Assembly (NCBI GenBank): GCA_964630685.1
Contig: CAZVVW010000004.1
Location: forward strand, 53,454 to 73,453
DNA length: 20,000 nucleotides
Reading direction: 5' to 3'
Origin: an uncultured Methanosarcinales archaeon
GTDB lineage: Archaea > Nanobdellota > Nanobdellia > Woesearchaeales > BS150m-G63
In this document: positions 16,845 through 20,000 of the stretch, piece by piece
Position numbering within the stretch: the stretch's first letter is position 1
Layout of the letters: each line of letters starts with the position of its first letter
Translations under genes and position numbers: made by a program
Notes under the pieces: model-generated
Database searches by the model: none
What the model was told of the DNA's origin: nothing
The model's input: the letters and a program-made list of their open reading frames with translations, nothing else

Positions 16845-17909
16845 ATGAAGATTGAAATGTCTGCACTGGATTTGAAGTATATGGTTGAAGAATTGCAAGT
16901 GCTAGTTGGAGGAAGGGTTGATAAAATCTATCAAATTGGTAAGAGAGAATTCTTTTTTAGGTTTCATGTGCCAAATGAGGGTAAAAAAATTCTAAAGTTG
17001 TTTTTACCTAATTTGATGTATATTACAAAAAGGTTGGGAAGAATGCCTCAAACCCCCATGGGTTATTGTGCTTTTTTGAGAAAATATCTAGATAATGCGC
17101 GTGTTCGTGAAGTTAAACAGAAAGGGTTTGAAAGAATAATTGAATTTGTTTTTGAGAAAAAGGAAAAGTTCGTGTTGCTTGTTGAGATGTTTAGTAGCGG
17201 AAACATGATCTTGTGTAAAGAGAATTATACTATGTTGTCTCCTTTGGAAGGACAAGACTGGAGATGTAGGAGTATTAGAAAAGGGTTGAAATATGAATTT
17301 CCTCCTGAAAGGGAAGATATTTTTAAGTTGAACCTTGTGCGATTTAAAGAGATAATTGCTGGAAGTGAAAGAGATAATATTGTAAAGACATTAGCTGTTG
17401 ATTTTGGGCTTGGAGGAGTTTATGCTGAAGAGGTTTGTTTTGAGGTTATTGAGAAGGGGAAAAAAGAAGTCGGTGATAGTGAGATTAAGAAGTTGTTTAA
17501 ATCTTTAGATGGATTGCTTAGTCGTAAATTAAAGCCTGTGGTGTATAAAGGTCGTAGAGCGTTTCCTTTTGAATTGAAAAGTTTTGAAGGAGACTTTAAG
17601 GAATTTGAGAGTTTTAGTGGGGCTTTGGATTATGTTAATTTTGAGAAAAAAGTTGCCTTTAAGGATAAAGTTGATGTTATTATAGAAAAACAAGAGCAGA
17701 ATTTAGGGGTGCTTGAGAAAGAAATTGAAGAGAATGGAAAGATAGGTGATTTGATTTATAATAATTATGTTTTGGTTGCTGATGTGTTGAAACAGATTGA
17801 TTCTGCTAGAAAGGAATTAGGATGGAAAGAAGTGAAAGAGAAACTGAAAGGGCACAAAGTTGTTAAAGAGATAGATGAAGCTGAAGGGAAGGTTGTTATT
17901 GACATATGA
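16845..17909 (+). CDS. rqcH: NFACT/Rqc2 (RqcH) homologue, N-terminal half only (NFACT-N, HhH, first coiled coil)
   Basis: MSALDL....ELQ.L.G.RVDKIYQ, LRKYL, Q.GFERI, VEMFSSGNMIL, Y.FPP, GLGGVYAEEVC. Ends at 354 aa with no NFACT-R domain. TATA-like TTTTATATA about 25-30 nt upstream. Confidence 0.85.
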   Translation: MKIEMSALDLKYMVEELQVLVGGRVDKIYQIGKREFFFRFHVPNEGKKILKLFLPNLMYITKRLGRMPQTPMGYCAFLRKYLDNARVREVKQKGFERIIEFVFEKKEKFVLLVEMFSSGNMILCKENYTMLSPLEGQDWRCRSIRKGLKYEFPPEREDIFKLNLVRFKEIIAGSERDNIVKTLAVDFGLGGVYAEEVCFEVIEKGKKEVGDSEIKKLFKSLDGLLSRKLKPVVYKGRRAFPFELKSFEGDFKEFESFSGALDYVNFEKKVAFKDKVDVIIEKQEQNLGVLEKEIEENGKIGDLIYNNYVLVADVLKQIDSARKELGWKEVKEKLKGHKVVKEIDEAEGKVVIDI

Positions 17910-17947
17910 TTCAAAGTAAGACAAAGATTTATAGAATAAATTTAAAG

Positions 17948-17955
17948 AAAAAAAA
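17948..17955 (-). terminator. T8 terminator after the 5S rRNA
   Basis: A8 on the plus strand equals T8 on the minus strand, immediately 3' of the 5S helix I. Confidence 0.65.
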
Positions 17956-17956
17956 G

Positions 17957-18068
17957 TGGACAGCTTTCTGGGTTTCCCATACAAAGTATAGTACACCCCA
18001 AAACGTGTGCTTGCTTAACTTCTGAGATCGAGACGGGATCAGGTGAACCAAGCAGCTATGACCGTCCA
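17957..18068 (-). rRNA. rrf: 5S ribosomal RNA (stand-alone)
   Basis: Minus strand reads TGGACGGTCATAGC...CACCTGATCCCGTCTCGATCTCAGAAGTTAAGC...GTGTACT...GGGAAA...GCTGTCCA: archaeal 5S signature (GGYCAUAGC, loop C, GAAGUUAAGC, loop E) with complementary ends. Ends accurate to about 3 nt. Confidence 0.95.
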
Positions 18069-18088
18069 TAGAGAAGGATTTTTGATGG

Positions 18089-18098
18089 ATTTATAAAT
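18089..18098 (-). promoter_or_regulatory. TATA box of the 5S rRNA gene
   Basis: ATTTATAAAT about 21-30 nt upstream of the 5S 5' end on the minus strand. Confidence 0.65.
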
Positions 18099-18177
18099 CT
18101 TACTGTTTTTTGTGTTTGTAGAGGGTAAAGTTTTTAAATCTGGGTAGTTTATGATGTGAAGTTGAGGGGGTAAAACA

Positions 18178-18909
18178 ATGAAAGTACTTATTTTAGCAGC
18201 AGGGTATGCAACTCGTCTTTATCCATTGACATTGGATACTCCTAAACCTTTATTGCCTATAGGTGATAAGGTGATGGTAGAACATATTCTTGATAGAATT
18301 AATTCTATAGATACAGTTATAGATGGGGTTTATATTGTGACAAATGAGAAATTCTATGGGCATTTTATAGAATGGGCAGAGAAGAGTGTTTTTGATGTTA
18401 AGATTATTAATGATGGTACTAAGAGTAATGATGATAGATTAGGGGCTATAGGGGATATTGATTTTGTGATTAAAGAGGAGAAAATAGGGGATGATTTGAT
18501 GGTGATTGCAGGGGACAATCTTTTTGAATTTGATTTGAAAGCATTTTATGATTATTTTTGGGAAAAGAGTAAAAGTGTTGTAGCAATATATGATTTGAAA
18601 GAGAAAGAATTATTAGCCAATAAATTCGGAGTTGTTGAGTTAAATGAAGAAGATAGGATAATTGGGTTTGAAGAAAAACCTGCTGAACCAAAGACTAGTT
18701 TGACCGCTACTGCGTGTTATATATTTAGTAAAGATGATGTTGCTCTGTTGGAAAAGTGTATTGCTGAAAATGAAAGTCCTGATAATCTTGGAGATTTTAT
18801 AAAGTGGTTATCAGAAAAAGAAGAAGTATATGGATTTGTGTTTAAAGAAGGGTGGTATGATATCGGAAGCAAAGAAGATTTGGAGAAGGTTAGAGGGTTG
18901 ATGAAATGA
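18178..18909 (+). CDS. Sugar-phosphate nucleotidyltransferase (NTP_transferase family)
   Basis: LAAGYATRLYPLT..PKPLL, DRLGAIGD, AGDNLF, FEEKP, WYDIGS. SD-like GAGGGGG upstream. Confidence 0.9.
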   Translation: MKVLILAAGYATRLYPLTLDTPKPLLPIGDKVMVEHILDRINSIDTVIDGVYIVTNEKFYGHFIEWAEKSVFDVKIINDGTKSNDDRLGAIGDIDFVIKEEKIGDDLMVIAGDNLFEFDLKAFYDYFWEKSKSVVAIYDLKEKELLANKFGVVELNEEDRIIGFEEKPAEPKTSLTATACYIFSKDDVALLEKCIAENESPDNLGDFIKWLSEKEEVYGFVFKEGWYDIGSKEDLEKVRGLMK

Positions 18910-20000
18910 AGATTTTATTTGTTTTGGAAAATTATTTACCCCATATAGGGGGGGTAGAAATAGTTTTTAAGAATTTATGTGAAGGTTTAGTTAAATTAGG
19001 CCATGATATTTCTATTGTTACTCATAGACTTAAAAATACTAAAAAATTTGAAATGATTGAGGGGGTTAAAATCCATAGGGTAAACTGCTTTCATAGTAGG
19101 TATTGGTTTACTTTTCTTTCCATACCTTTAGTGTTTAAATTAGCTAAAAAAGCAAAACTGATTCATACTACTACATTTAATGGGGCATTTCCTTCTTGGT
19201 TTGCATCTAAAATTTTGAGAAAACCAAATATAATTACTATCCACGAAGTGTGGGTTAATAAATGGAATAAATTAACGGAAATAGGTTTTTTGAAATCTAA
19301 AATTCATGATTTTTTAGAAAAAATGATTTATTTGCTCAATTTTGATAAATTTGCATGTGTTTCTTATTCTACTCAAAAACAACTCTTAGATTTAGGGATT
19401 AATAAAAATAAAGTTGTTGTAGTATATAATGGGGTAGATTATGAACATTGGAATCCTAAGAAATATGATGGAAAAAAGGTAAGAAAACAATTGGGTTTGG
19501 AGAATAATTTTGTTTATTTATTTACAGGAAGACCAGGAATTAGTAAAGGGTTGGAGTATCTCATAAAGGCGGTTCCACAAATATCCAAAAAAATACATAA
19601 TGCTAAATTATTGGCTATATTTAGTAAAGATAAAGCATATAAAGAAAGGTATGATTATATCTTAAAATTAATAAAAGATTTAAAGATTAAAGATAAAGTA
19701 ATATTATTGAACCCAGTTCCATATAAAGAATTACCTAGTTATGTAAAAGCAGTTGATTGTGTTGTTGTACCTAGTTTAGCAGAAGGATTTGGTTTTTCTG
19801 CTGCAGAAGCTTGTGCAATGGGTAAACCAGTAGTTGCAAGCAATACCACATCACTTCCAGAAGTTGTTTCTGGAAGATATGTTTTGGTAAAAACTAGGAG
19901 TTCTAAAGGAATTGCTAAAGGTGTTAAAGACGTTTTTAATGGAAAATATTTAAAAAAGAGGGCTGTTAAATTTGGATTAAAAGAAAACATTGATAAATAT
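18906..20000 (+). CDS. Glycosyltransferase family 4 (GT-B), runs off the window end
   Basis: Not in the ORF track because there is no stop in the window. ATG overlaps the upstream TGA (ATGA). Translation MKILFVLENYLPHIGGVE...VYNGVD...GRPGISKG...PSLAEGFGFSAAEACAMGKPVVAS...SLPEVV includes the EX7E motif. Confidence 0.93.
   Translation, partial: MKILFVLENYLPHIGGVEIVFKNLCEGLVKLGHDISIVTHRLKNTKKFEMIEGVKIHRVNCFHSRYWFTFLSIPLVFKLAKKAKLIHTTTFNGAFPSWFASKILRKPNIITIHEVWVNKWNKLTEIGFLKSKIHDFLEKMIYLLNFDKFACVSYSTQKQLLDLGINKNKVVVVYNGVDYEHWNPKKYDGKKVRKQLGLENNFVYLFTGRPGISKGLEYLIKAVPQISKKIHNAKLLAIFSKDKAYKERYDYILKLIKDLKIKDKVILLNPVPYKELPSYVKAVDCVVVPSLAEGFGFSAAEACAMGKPVVASNTTSLPEVVSGRYVLVKTRSSKGIAKGVKDVFNGKYLKKRAVKFGLKENIDKY

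Noticed and set aside
8601..19990. Other nested ORFs (8601-8813, 9085-9324, 10007-10198, 12155-12346, 12814-13239, 13269-13553, 13411-13746, 15085-15330, 18470-18691, 19739-19990)
   Set aside because: They overlap confident genes and have no motifs. 19739-19990 is the antisense shadow of the GT4 gene that the track missed.
1..20000. Mobile elements, inteins, tRNAs, defence systems
   Set aside because: No transposase or integrase motifs, protein lengths leave no room for inteins, and no tRNA cloverleaf or defence-gene signature was recognised.

Overview
AT-rich (roughly 30% GC by eye) archaeal chromosomal segment, most likely from a DPANN lineage (Woesearchaeota/Nanobdellota-like). This is inferred from the fused PriS-PriL primase, a truncated or split Rqc2/NFACT gene and a stand-alone 5S rRNA. 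The left half is mostly minus strand and housekeeping: rpl4 (partial), rpl3, topA, fused primase, htpX, Hef helicase-nuclease, a TraB/M50-protease/small membrane protein unit, a PRC-barrel protein and a wHTH regulator. The right half is plus strand: a tightly packed amino-sugar operon (acetyltransferase-less GlmU-like nucleotidyltransferase, a 26-codon ORF that copies the GlmS N-terminus, glmS, a GNAT, and a HAD::YvcK/GlmR fusion), then N-terminal-only NFACT, a minus-strand 5S rRNA, a second nucleotidyltransferase and a GT4 glycosyltransferase (partial). Best leads: (1) the operon as a candidate non-canonical UDP-GlcNAc pathway, (2) the unannotated GlmS-mimic micro-ORF, (3) the hairpin-dense region upstream of rpl3, (4) a 59-bp double-hairpin tandem repeat at the topA 3' end. 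All product calls rest on motif recognition by eye; no database searches were run.
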